Assembly: GCA_039208735.1 (NCBI GenBank)
Contig: JBCCQY010000188.1
Coordinates: forward strand, 1-16,641
Direction of reading: 5' to 3'
Length of the DNA stretch: 16,641 bases
Source of the DNA: Myxococcota bacterium
GTDB lineage: Bacteria; Myxococcota_A; UBA796; GCA-2862545
The notes beneath the pieces are model-generated. The model did no database searches, was not told the DNA's origin, and saw nothing but the letters and a program-made list of their open reading frames with translations. Positions 1-7,246 of the stretch are shown here, piece after piece; within the stretch, counting starts at the first letter, position 1, and each line of letters begins with the position of its first letter. The position numbers were made by a program, and so were the translations under genes.

Positions 1-28
1 GAGAGTTCGAGTCTCTCCATCCGCACCA
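1..28 (+). tRNA. 3' end of a tRNA (T-arm, acceptor 3' strand and CCA), probably tRNA-Leu; either the partial tRNA or an att-site copy of it
   Basis: GAGAG-TTCGAGT-CTCTC forms a T stem-loop containing TTCGA, followed by CATCCGC-A-CCA. From recall this matches the 3' ends of bacterial tRNA-Leu(TAG) genes that begin GCGGATG. The anticodon lies outside the window. Confidence 0.85.
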
Positions 29-586
29 GGCCGCGTTGGGGTCGCGATAGGCGAAGGTTCCGCTGTCGAGCGGCTCTCCGTTCTGGGCCGCCACGATCCA
101 ATCGATGGCCCAGATGTGGCCGGCCAGGGCCACACCGAGGTCGAAGCGACCTGGAATCATGCTGTAGGTGAACAGCGCCCGTTCGCCAAAGAAGCGGTAG
201 TCGTCCGTCTGCTCGTAGGACTCGAAGCCAAAGGGCACCGGGAAGAGCCCGGCACGTACCTGGAGCAATGGGGGTTCGTCGTCATCGTGGGGGAGGTAGG
301 CCTGGATCTCGAGGCCTACCGGTCGCGCGGTGGTGCCCCGCGAGAACAGCTCGGTCACGCTGCGCAAGGCGAAGTGGCGCCAGGCTCGACCCACGCGCAC
401 CCGGGCCCGTCGGACCGAGAACCGGTTCTCGTTGAGCGGGTCGCGGGTTCCGTCGGACAGTTCATCGATCGAGATCTGGCGGGTCAAGTAGTCGACCTGG
501 GCAAATCCCGAGACCTCGATGCCCGCCAACGGCGAAGCTTCGTCGGTGGGTCCAGCCAACGCCAGACCCGCTGACCAGAGCAGCAT
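2..586 (-). CDS. Outer-membrane porin, phosphate-selective OprO/OprP-like; N-terminal part only, apparently cut off at the tRNA junction (nt 29)
   Basis: Not in the ORF track because it has no stop in the window. ATG at 586 overlaps the upstream TGA (TGATG). Manual translation: MLLWSAGLALAGPTDEASPLAGIEVSGFAQVDY...NENRFSVRRARVRVG...LQVRAGLFPVPFGFESYEQTDDYRFFGER...PGRFDLGV...QNGEPL...RDPNAA. It has a signal peptide plus the SGxxQ, FxxRRAR, GxFxxPFGxE and FxER motifs typical of this porin class. Confidence 0.75.
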   Translation of the reverse strand, partial: MLLWSAGLALAGPTDEASPLAGIEVSGFAQVDYLTRQISIDELSDGTRDPLNENRFSVRRARVRVGRAWRHFALRSVTELFSRGTTARPVGLEIQAYLPHDDDEPPLLQVRAGLFPVPFGFESYEQTDDYRFFGERALFTYSMIPGRFDLGVALAGHIWAIDWIVAAQNGEPLDSGTFAYRDPNAAWCGWRDSNS

Positions 587-831
587 CAGGGCAGGTTTCC
601 GGGACCTGGGTTTCCGGGATGCTGTGGCTCCTTGATGATGACTTCCACGTCATCCGCCAACGGCGCGTTCAGCAGCTCGCCCACCTGAGGGTCGGCTCCG
701 ACAGGATCGCACTCGTACATCTCTTGGTCGCCCGTTTCGCTGGTCTCGACGGGGTCGACATCATCGGTGGCTGGGCAGCCGGCGGCCACGCCCAAGAGGA
801 TCAGCATGGCCCAACGGTGTGAAGCGCTCAT
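586..831 (-). CDS. Small acidic lipoprotein of unknown function (81 aa)
   Basis: Hydrophobic stretch followed by a lipobox (MLILLGVAAG-C). It has an ATGA overlap with the upstream gene and a TGATG overlap with the downstream gene. Confidence 0.75.
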   Translation of the reverse strand: MSASHRWAMLILLGVAAGCPATDDVDPVETSETGDQEMYECDPVGADPQVGELLNAPLADDVEVIIKEPQHPGNPGPGNLP

Positions 832-2069
832 CGTGACCCTCCCGCGGGCTCACAGTACCCGAAGTTGCACGAGCCGCCATTGCAGGCATCGTCGTTTTCG
901 CAGGTCTCGCACCCGCTGTCGACCCCGTTCTGCTCGAGGAAGAAGCACTCACAGGGTTCGGGGTGCTGGAACGGCCGCATGGGTTCGCCGTCGATTTCGC
1001 GGCTTACCTTCATCGCGCAGGCCGGAATGTTGCCGGTTTCGATGACCGCCTCGGGCACGTTGAGCGAATCGATTGACTGCACCCCGGTCATCAGGTCGAT
1101 GAAGCGTTGGGCGCGTGCCGCGGCGTCATCCCCATTGGGGCTCACCGCAGCCCCCGCGTCGTTGGTGCGCAGGATGTAGCGGAGGTTCGTCCAGATCGGG
1201 TAGTGCCCGTCGCGGACGTTGCGCTTGTCGCGGGCCGTCGCCGTGCTGTCGGGGAACACCGCCCCCAAGCAGCCGTTGAAGGGCTCGAATGCGAGCACGC
1301 GAATGTCGTCGCTCGCCGCTTCCCACTTGCTGCTGTTGAGAATGCCGAGCACCTGTTCTGCATTGCCCGTGGTGTTTTCGGCGATGACCACGTCGCGGAC
1401 TTCGCTCGAACCCTGGTGGCCCCGCAGGCTGCCATTCCACATCGTGCCTGAAATGCCGATGCTCGCCCCAATGGTGAGCTGCGTGCTCGAACCGGGGTTG
1501 CGCACCATCACGAAGTTTGGGTCGGTCCACGGCGGGACCTGCCGATCCGCTTCCCCGCCAAACTTCATGATGTAGTAGGCCTCAGTGGCCGTAATCGCGG
1601 TCTGCGACGAGTTTCGCGGCACGATGAAGCCCAGCGTCTCGACGTGGCTTGGAAACTCACGAAGATCGGCGGGCGGGGCCTTGCCTCCAAGGCACGTGAC
1701 GCCGCCCACATCCATGGCCGAAAGGTCGGCCTGGATCATCGAGCCCACCGGCATGTCGCAAACCGCCTGTGTGCCGTCGGGAAGGTAGTACTCGGCACTG
1801 CCGATGAGGGGTTCGCCTTCGCGATGCGTCTCGTAAGCAATGCAGGACGAAAGAGGGAAATGCACAACCGTCATTTGGTCCTTGCCCACCACGGTTTCGT
1901 CGGCGAGCACCGGGCTCACCTCGGCGAGGAAGGACTCGAGCAAGGTTGTGGCGGGAAAGTAGAGAGGATTGGGGAGCGTGGTGCAATCAACGTTGGGTTC
2001 GGCGGCCGTCGCCGAGGCCGCGAGCCCCAGTCCCAGTCCCCAAAGCCCCATCCACCTTAGTGGCATCAC
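828..2069 (-). CDS. Secreted PstS-like/type 2 periplasmic substrate-binding protein with a Cys-rich C-terminus (413 aa)
   Basis: AGGAGG RBS at 2075-2080 and a Sec signal peptide ending ASATA. PstS/PBP_like features: VRNPGSSTQ (compare RxxxSGT), GSSEVRDVV...LGIL and NVRDGHYPIWTNLRY (compare GxYP). The tail is CECFF...CETCENDDACNGGSCNFGYCE. Confidence 0.65.
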   Translation of the reverse strand: MMPLRWMGLWGLGLGLAASATAAEPNVDCTTLPNPLYFPATTLLESFLAEVSPVLADETVVGKDQMTVVHFPLSSCIAYETHREGEPLIGSAEYYLPDGTQAVCDMPVGSMIQADLSAMDVGGVTCLGGKAPPADLREFPSHVETLGFIVPRNSSQTAITATEAYYIMKFGGEADRQVPPWTDPNFVMVRNPGSSTQLTIGASIGISGTMWNGSLRGHQGSSEVRDVVIAENTTGNAEQVLGILNSSKWEAASDDIRVLAFEPFNGCLGAVFPDSTATARDKRNVRDGHYPIWTNLRYILRTNDAGAAVSPNGDDAAARAQRFIDLMTGVQSIDSLNVPEAVIETGNIPACAMKVSREIDGEPMRPFQHPEPCECFFLEQNGVDSGCETCENDDACNGGSCNFGYCEPAGGSR

Positions 2070-2194
2070 GAAGGCCTCCTGAAGTCTTTGGCGAGTATAG
2101 AGCGGGTGACGCTCACCAGGGTGGCGAACTTGCTTTCCGCATTTCCGACGGCGGCTCGCGGGCCTCGTTATCGGGACTGTCCAAGGAGGTTGTG

Positions 2195-3226
2195 ATGTCC
2201 GATATTCGACTCACCGAACTCGTCGCCTGCGCGGGTTGAGCCTCCAAGTTGGGCCCGGAGGTTCTGGGCCCCGCGACGGCAGGTCTTGCGACGCAATCCG
2301 ACCCTCGACTGATCGTCGGCTTCGAGCTGGCTGACGATGCAGGAGTGGTGCGACTCGACGCCGAACGCGCGCTCGTGCAGACGGTCGACTTCTTCACCCC
2401 GGTTGTTGACGATCCGTTCACCTTTGGGGCGATCGCCGCGACGAATGCACTGTCCGACGTCTATGCCATGGGTGGCGAACCCATCAGCGCACTGAACATT
2501 TTGTGCTGGAACGATGCGCTGCCCACCTCCGTTTTGGCCAAGATCCTTGAAGGAGGCCTTGCCAAGGTGAAAGAGGCGGGGGCGGTGCTTGCCGGAGGAC
2601 ACTCCGTCACCGACCAAGAGCCGAAGTTTGGGCTGTCGGTGACGGGACTCGTCCACCCCGACCGCATCTGGGCGAATCAAGGGGCTCAGCCAGGTGATCA
2701 CTTGGTCCTCTCGAAGCCTGTGGGCACGGGAATCATCACCACGGCCATGAAACAACACGCTTGTCCTGCACCGGCCGAGGCGGCGGCCATCGAGACGATG
2801 GCGTTGCTCAACCGAGCGGCTCGCGATGCGGCGATTGCCCACGAGGTGCACGCCTGCACCGACATCACGGGCTTTGGGCTTGCGGGCCATGCTTGGGAAA
2901 TGGCGAAGGCATCTGGGGTTCGATTGCGGTTCGTGGCCGACGCCGTTCCACTGCTCCCCCACGTCCTCGAACTCGCCGATGGTGGCTACCTCACGCGGGG
3001 TGACGTGAGCAACCGCATCTATGTCGGGGAGGCCCTGTCGTTCGGACCCGAGGTGACCACCGCGATGCAGCGGGTGTTTGTAGACCCGCAAACGTCCGGC
3101 GGCTTGTTGATGGCCCTTCCAGAGGCGGCCAGCCAGGCCCTGGTCGAGCAGGGCGTCGTCACCTGGGTCGGTCGGGTCGACGAAGGCCCGGCGGGCGTGC
3201 GATTCGAGGGCTCACGCATCGCTTGA
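2195..3226 (+). CDS. selD: Selenide, water dikinase (selenophosphate synthetase), selenocysteine-containing, 343 aa with Sec15
   Basis: RBS AAGGAGGT at 2183-2190 and ATG at 2195. Translation is MSDIRLTELVACAG-U-ASKLGP with in-frame TGA at 2237-2239, at the catalytic Cys/Sec position three residues before the conserved Lys. SelD motifs follow: DDAGV, QTVDFFTPVVDDP, AATNALSDVYAMGG, GGHS, TDITGFGLAGH, DPQTSGGLL. Confidence 0.96.
2251..2271 (+). promoter_or_regulatory. Bacterial SECIS hairpin of selD
   Basis: GGGCCCGGA-GGT-TCTGGGCCC forms a 9-bp stem (one G-U pair) with a G-led apical loop. It begins 11 nt after the UGA. Confidence 0.8.
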
Positions 3227-3643
3227 GCGATTGAAGTGAGCCCAGAAGCTAAGCACGATGGCGCTCGCCGACACGATGGTCATCACCGTTCCCGGCACGA
3301 AGTGGACGTACCCGCCGAGATCCATGAACAAGAAGTAGCCGACGTCGGCCAGGCCCCCAACGAGTGCGGCCAGGAAGATGGCGTTGGGGGAGCCCCGCCA
3401 CACCAAGGGGCTGCAAATCAAGGTGGTGAGACCGATCCAGGCAAGGTTCCAGCCGTGCTGGTTGAGAATCGCGCCCGCTGCAGGGGGGTAGTCCATCGCG
3501 AGGGTGGATGGGTCGACGGCATCGGCAATGCCAGACACCGCTGCGGTCGCGTCGCCCGAGATGGTCATGACGCCGGCAAAGATGTGTACAAGGCCCCATA
3601 TGGCCCAAAGAATACCCGCGATGCGAAAGGCGGTGGTCTGCAT
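3212..3643 (-). CDS. Small integral membrane protein of unknown function (143 aa, about 4 TM helices)
   Basis: ATG at 3643 with an AGGAG RBS at 3651-3655. Hydrophobic segments: IAGILWAIWGLVHIFAGV, WNLAWIGLTTLICSPLVW, AIFLAALVGGLADVGYFLFM and TVMTIVSASAIVLSFW. Its 3' end overlaps selD by 15 nt. Confidence 0.85.
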   Translation of the reverse strand: MQTTAFRIAGILWAIWGLVHIFAGVMTISGDATAAVSGIADAVDPSTLAMDYPPAAGAILNQHGWNLAWIGLTTLICSPLVWRGSPNAIFLAALVGGLADVGYFLFMDLGGYVHFVPGTVMTIVSASAIVLSFWAHFNRSSDA

Positions 3644-3707
3644 GTGGTCTCTCCTGGAGAAGCGTCGTTGGGCCCTCCTGTAGTTGCGCGCGCTCCTGTG
3701 GCATAGA

Positions 3708-3724
3708 GATGAAAACTGCGCATC
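3708..3724. promoter_or_regulatory. Putative LysR binding site (T-N11-A dyad)
   Basis: GATG-AAAACTGCG-CATC dyad containing T3710-N11-A3722, located in the divergent intergenic region upstream of the LysR gene. Confidence 0.55.
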
Positions 3725-3755
3725 AAGTGCGCGCTCTTGCGACATGTGAGGCGGG

Positions 3756-4631
3756 ATGGAGAAGTGGGATGCGTTGCGCACAGCCTACTGGGTGGCGCAG
3801 CACGGCACCGTGCGCGCTGCGGCAGAACATCTGGGCGTGCATCGGGCGACCGTGGTGCGGCACGTCGACGTGCTTGAGGCAGAGCTTGGCACGAAGCTGT
3901 TCCAGCGCCACGGGCGCGGGTATGCACCCACCGAGGCAGGCCAGGATTTGATGCGGGTGGCCCAATCGGTCGACGAGCAATTTGCGGCCTTGGCAGGACG
4001 GGTGCGAGGCCGTGAGGCGCGGGTCAGTGGGGAACTGGTGCTCACCTCGATTCCGCTGGTGGTGTCCATGGTGATGCCGGCGCTTGCTGCCTTTCGTCTG
4101 GACCATCCTGAAGTGGTCGTGCGTTACGAAGCCAGCTGGCGGGTGTTCGAACTCGAGTACGGCGAGGCCCATGTGGCCATTCGGGTCGGCGCAAAGCCCG
4201 ATCATCCCGACAACGTGGTGCGGTTCTGGCGTCCGCTCCAATCCGCGCTGTATGCCCATTCGGACTACCTCGATCGACACGGGTGGCCCGACGACACCTT
4301 TGTCGACCACGTCTTTGTCAGCAACCCCGCTCCGAACACCATCGAAGGATGGCGGAAGCGGATCGCGCCCCGCAGCCAGGTCGGGTTTTGGAGCCGGGAT
4401 GCACAAATCAATGCCCAGGCCGTGGCGGCGGGGCTTGGTCTCGGCATTCTTCCGGTGGCGATGGTGGGCGACGATCCGGCGTTCATCCAGGTTCGACCCG
4501 TTCAGGAGGCCTGGGATGTTCCGCTGTGGTTGGTCACGCACGTCGATCTGCACTGGACGGCCAAGGTCCAGGCGGTTCTCCAGGCCCTCGTGGGGCGCGC
4601 GGAGTCCGACGTCTCCGTGGTACATCGGTGA
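3756..4631 (+). CDS. LysR-family transcriptional regulator (291 aa)
   Basis: N-terminal wHTH (GTVRAAAEHLGVHRATVVRHVDVLEAELGTKLFQR...PTEAG) followed by a substrate-binding domain (EAHVAIR, AVAAGLGLGILP, LWLVTH). Divergent from a small membrane-protein gene. Confidence 0.95.
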   Translation: MEKWDALRTAYWVAQHGTVRAAAEHLGVHRATVVRHVDVLEAELGTKLFQRHGRGYAPTEAGQDLMRVAQSVDEQFAALAGRVRGREARVSGELVLTSIPLVVSMVMPALAAFRLDHPEVVVRYEASWRVFELEYGEAHVAIRVGAKPDHPDNVVRFWRPLQSALYAHSDYLDRHGWPDDTFVDHVFVSNPAPNTIEGWRKRIAPRSQVGFWSRDAQINAQAVAAGLGLGILPVAMVGDDPAFIQVRPVQEAWDVPLWLVTHVDLHWTAKVQAVLQALVGRAESDVSVVHR

Positions 4632-4648
4632 TCTACGGGAGGATGCCG

Positions 4649-7246
4649 GTGCGGTCAGCCTACGCAGGATTGCTGGTTTTGGCGACGATGGCGTGCAGAG
4701 AGCCCACCTTGGTGCCTCCCCCGCCTCTGCCCGATCTCGAAGTCCCGCCCATCACGGTCCAGACCACGGCTCCCGCCGAAGTGGTGGCCGGCGAGGTCCT
4801 GGCCGTGGGGTGCTCGGTCGAGGATCCCGGGGGCGGAACGCTTGAACCTGGTATGCCGGAAGTTCGGGTCATTCCCGAAACGTCGGTTCGGTTGGAAGAC
4901 GGTCGCATTGAAGCGGTTCGTGTCGGCCACATCGAGGTGGCGTGCGCGTACCCCGACATCGACGTGGTGGACTTGGTCCCGGTGCTCACACGCATCGTCC
5001 CGGGACCTCCGACCCAGCTCACGATCGATGTTGATGCACCCATGGTGGAGGCAGGGGGGCGCTTGAACGCGACCTGCACCGCCACCGATCTTCATGGCAA
5101 CGCGACGCAAGCTGCCGACGCCGCGCTGGAGTTGTTGCCGAGCGACCCGCTGAATCCCATCGTGGGTCGGCAGGCGACCCTGCTGCGATCCGGTCGGTAC
5201 GACGCAAGCTGTGCCCTGCCGGGGGCCACGTCGACGAACCGCCGCATCGAAGTGGTGCCCGCGGTGCCCGCCGAGTTGCTGGTGAGTCGGGTGCCCGACC
5301 TTCCGGTGTACGGCACAAGTCAGACCATCACGCTGTCGAGTCGGGTGGTCGATGCATTCGGCAATGTCGTGCTCGAGGTCCAGCCCGTTCTCGACAGCGT
5401 GCCCCGAGGCACGCCATTTGGTCCCGACGCGGTACGTTTTGAAGAAGACGGTGACTACACGCTCACCGTCACGGTGCCTCCGCCGACGGCCAGTGGGACG
5501 GCGCTCGTCCATACCGAGGAAGTCACCGTCAATGGTGCGGGTCCCGCCATTCGATGCGACTCGCCTATCGATGGTCGGATGATCACGGCGAGCCCGGGTT
5601 CCACCCTGACGTTTACCGGTGGGGTGGCCGACGCCAATGCGATTGCTGGGGTCCAGGTCAACGGGCAGACGGTCGCGGTGGCCCCCGACGGGCGGTTCCA
5701 AACCGGTGTTCCCGTCGTGCTGGGGCAGAATTTCGTCGACATTGTGGCCATCGATGGCTTTGGCATTGAATCCACCCGCGTATGCACCTTCCTCGCCGCC
5801 CCGGCATGGTTCCCCGAAGAGGGCTTGGCCGACGATGTGGTGTCGCTCACGCTGTTTCAGTCGGCCATCGATGACGGCAATCCGCAGGGAGCGCTGAATT
5901 CACTCAACGATCTGTTGACCGCCGTGACCGACAGTCCGGGACTTCTCGACACTCTCGACAACGCACTGAGCACCAACAATCCCCTCAAGAACAGCTGCGA
6001 CCAGTCGGTATTCGGGGTTTGCATCTTCCGGTCCCGCATCGACTACCGGGACGCTTCGATTGGTGGACCCAACGAAACCAGCCTCACGTTGGTCGATGGC
6101 GGCTTGGATGCGCGAGTGGTCGTGCGGGATGTCGCCATCGATGTACGTCTTACCGGCACGATCGATTCGGATGTGACGGCGCGGTTCGACAGCGTAAACA
6201 TCGACCTTGGCTTCGACTTGGTGCTCGATGGTTCCGGTCCCGGAGTTGTGGTCCGCTCCACCCAGGTGGACGTGTCCGGACTCGACGCCGACTTGAGCGG
6301 ATTTCCGGGCTTTCTCGAAGATATTTTGCTCTTCATCTTTGGCGTTCTCATCAATGACCTCGTCGAAGACGTCCTACGAGATCAAATCCGGGATGAGTTT
6401 GGCGCCATTCTCGACGACTTGGTGGGCGGGCTTGACATCACCTCGCTTGCCACGGTGGTTGAGGTCCCGCGGCTCGATGGTAACGGCACGTTGCCCCTCT
6501 CGTTTGGGCTCGGGTTCTCGAGCCTTGATGTGACGCCGTCTCGCCTGCAGTTTGGGGTGGCCACGCAGCTCACCGGCCCTTCGGCGATTGCAAATCCGTC
6601 GTTCGGGGTGGCGGTGGAGTCCGACGCCTTCTTGTCCACCATCGCGACCTCGCGATCGGCGGCGGCCGGCATCCATCAGGTGCTCTTCAATCAGGCACTG
6701 CATGCGTTGTGGCGCGGAGGGCTGTTCGACGCGGAGCTGGTGGCCAACGATCTTGGCGGCGAATTGCCCGACGGGTTGTCGGCGCGCCTCCGGGCCACGT
6801 TGCCGCCGGTAGCCGAGCTGGACGGCCAGCAGGTCAAGCTCGGCCTTGGGCCGTTGGTGATCGACCTGACCTACCCTGGCCTCTTCGATGAGCCACTGTC
6901 GCTGGTCATCGGAGCCCGCAGCACGCTGCAGGTGGGCCTGGTCGATGGCGACTTGGCGTTTGGCCAGCTCGCGGTCGACGAGGTCTTCCTTTCGACGCCG
7001 GGGGTCCCCCTCGATCCCACGACTCGATTGGTGCTGGAGGGCTTTGCCGGTGCCCTCGTGCAACGCATTGTGGATGGGGCGCTCAACGATGCGATTCCGG
7101 CGTTGCCCATTCCGTCCTTTCCATTGCCTGACGATGTGGTTTCCTTCGGGCTGCCCGCCGGATCCGAGCTTGGCATTCGGAACCCGGTGCTCACCACGAC
7201 GCCCCCCCACTTCGTATTGACGGGCGGGTTTGGGGTGTTGCCATGA
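4649..7246 (+). CDS. Large lipoprotein (about 865 aa) with several Ig-like domains and a probable LBP/BPI (TULIP)-like C-terminal region
   Basis: GTG at 4649 lies 6 nt after GGAGG; 4628 and 4643 are alternative in-frame starts. Signal peptide and lipobox: MRSAYAGLLVLATMA-C, then a Pro linker. Repeated beta-rich units contain DxxGN turns, followed by an Ig/cadherin-like unit (TGGVAD...VQVNGQ...DGRF...GQNFVDIVAIDGFG). The C-half has a BPI-like strand/long-helix pattern including GIHQVLFNQALHALWRGGLFD. Confidence 0.8.
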   Translation: MRSAYAGLLVLATMACREPTLVPPPPLPDLEVPPITVQTTAPAEVVAGEVLAVGCSVEDPGGGTLEPGMPEVRVIPETSVRLEDGRIEAVRVGHIEVACAYPDIDVVDLVPVLTRIVPGPPTQLTIDVDAPMVEAGGRLNATCTATDLHGNATQAADAALELLPSDPLNPIVGRQATLLRSGRYDASCALPGATSTNRRIEVVPAVPAELLVSRVPDLPVYGTSQTITLSSRVVDAFGNVVLEVQPVLDSVPRGTPFGPDAVRFEEDGDYTLTVTVPPPTASGTALVHTEEVTVNGAGPAIRCDSPIDGRMITASPGSTLTFTGGVADANAIAGVQVNGQTVAVAPDGRFQTGVPVVLGQNFVDIVAIDGFGIESTRVCTFLAAPAWFPEEGLADDVVSLTLFQSAIDDGNPQGALNSLNDLLTAVTDSPGLLDTLDNALSTNNPLKNSCDQSVFGVCIFRSRIDYRDASIGGPNETSLTLVDGGLDARVVVRDVAIDVRLTGTIDSDVTARFDSVNIDLGFDLVLDGSGPGVVVRSTQVDVSGLDADLSGFPGFLEDILLFIFGVLINDLVEDVLRDQIRDEFGAILDDLVGGLDITSLATVVEVPRLDGNGTLPLSFGLGFSSLDVTPSRLQFGVATQLTGPSAIANPSFGVAVESDAFLSTIATSRSAAAGIHQVLFNQALHALWRGGLFDAELVANDLGGELPDGLSARLRATLPPVAELDGQQVKLGLGPLVIDLTYPGLFDEPLSLVIGARSTLQVGLVDGDLAFGQLAVDEVFLSTPGVPLDPTTRLVLEGFAGALVQRIVDGALNDAIPALPIPSFPLPDDVVSFGLPAGSELGIRNPVLTTTPPHFVLTGGFGVLP

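Noticed and set aside
2105..2134. GGTGA-CGC-TCACC palindrome and a sigma54-like GG-N10-GC upstream of selD
   Set aside because: The palindrome has only 5-bp arms and the -24 element does not match TGGCAC. Both are plausible by chance.
1946..3226. selD as a nonsense pseudogene, or as two ORFs (1946..2239 and 2249..3226)
   Set aside because: The TGA falls exactly at the catalytic Cys/Sec position and is followed by a SECIS-like hairpin. A TTG 2249 start would remove the active-site residues.
3644..3781. Longer 189-aa version of the membrane protein
   Set aside because: It would span the divergent promoter and the LysR start. An RBS supports ATG 3643.
4283..4648. N-terminal extension of the 987-aa ORF
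   Set aside because: It overlaps the LysR gene in another frame. The RBS and lipoprotein signal peptide begin at about 4643-4649.
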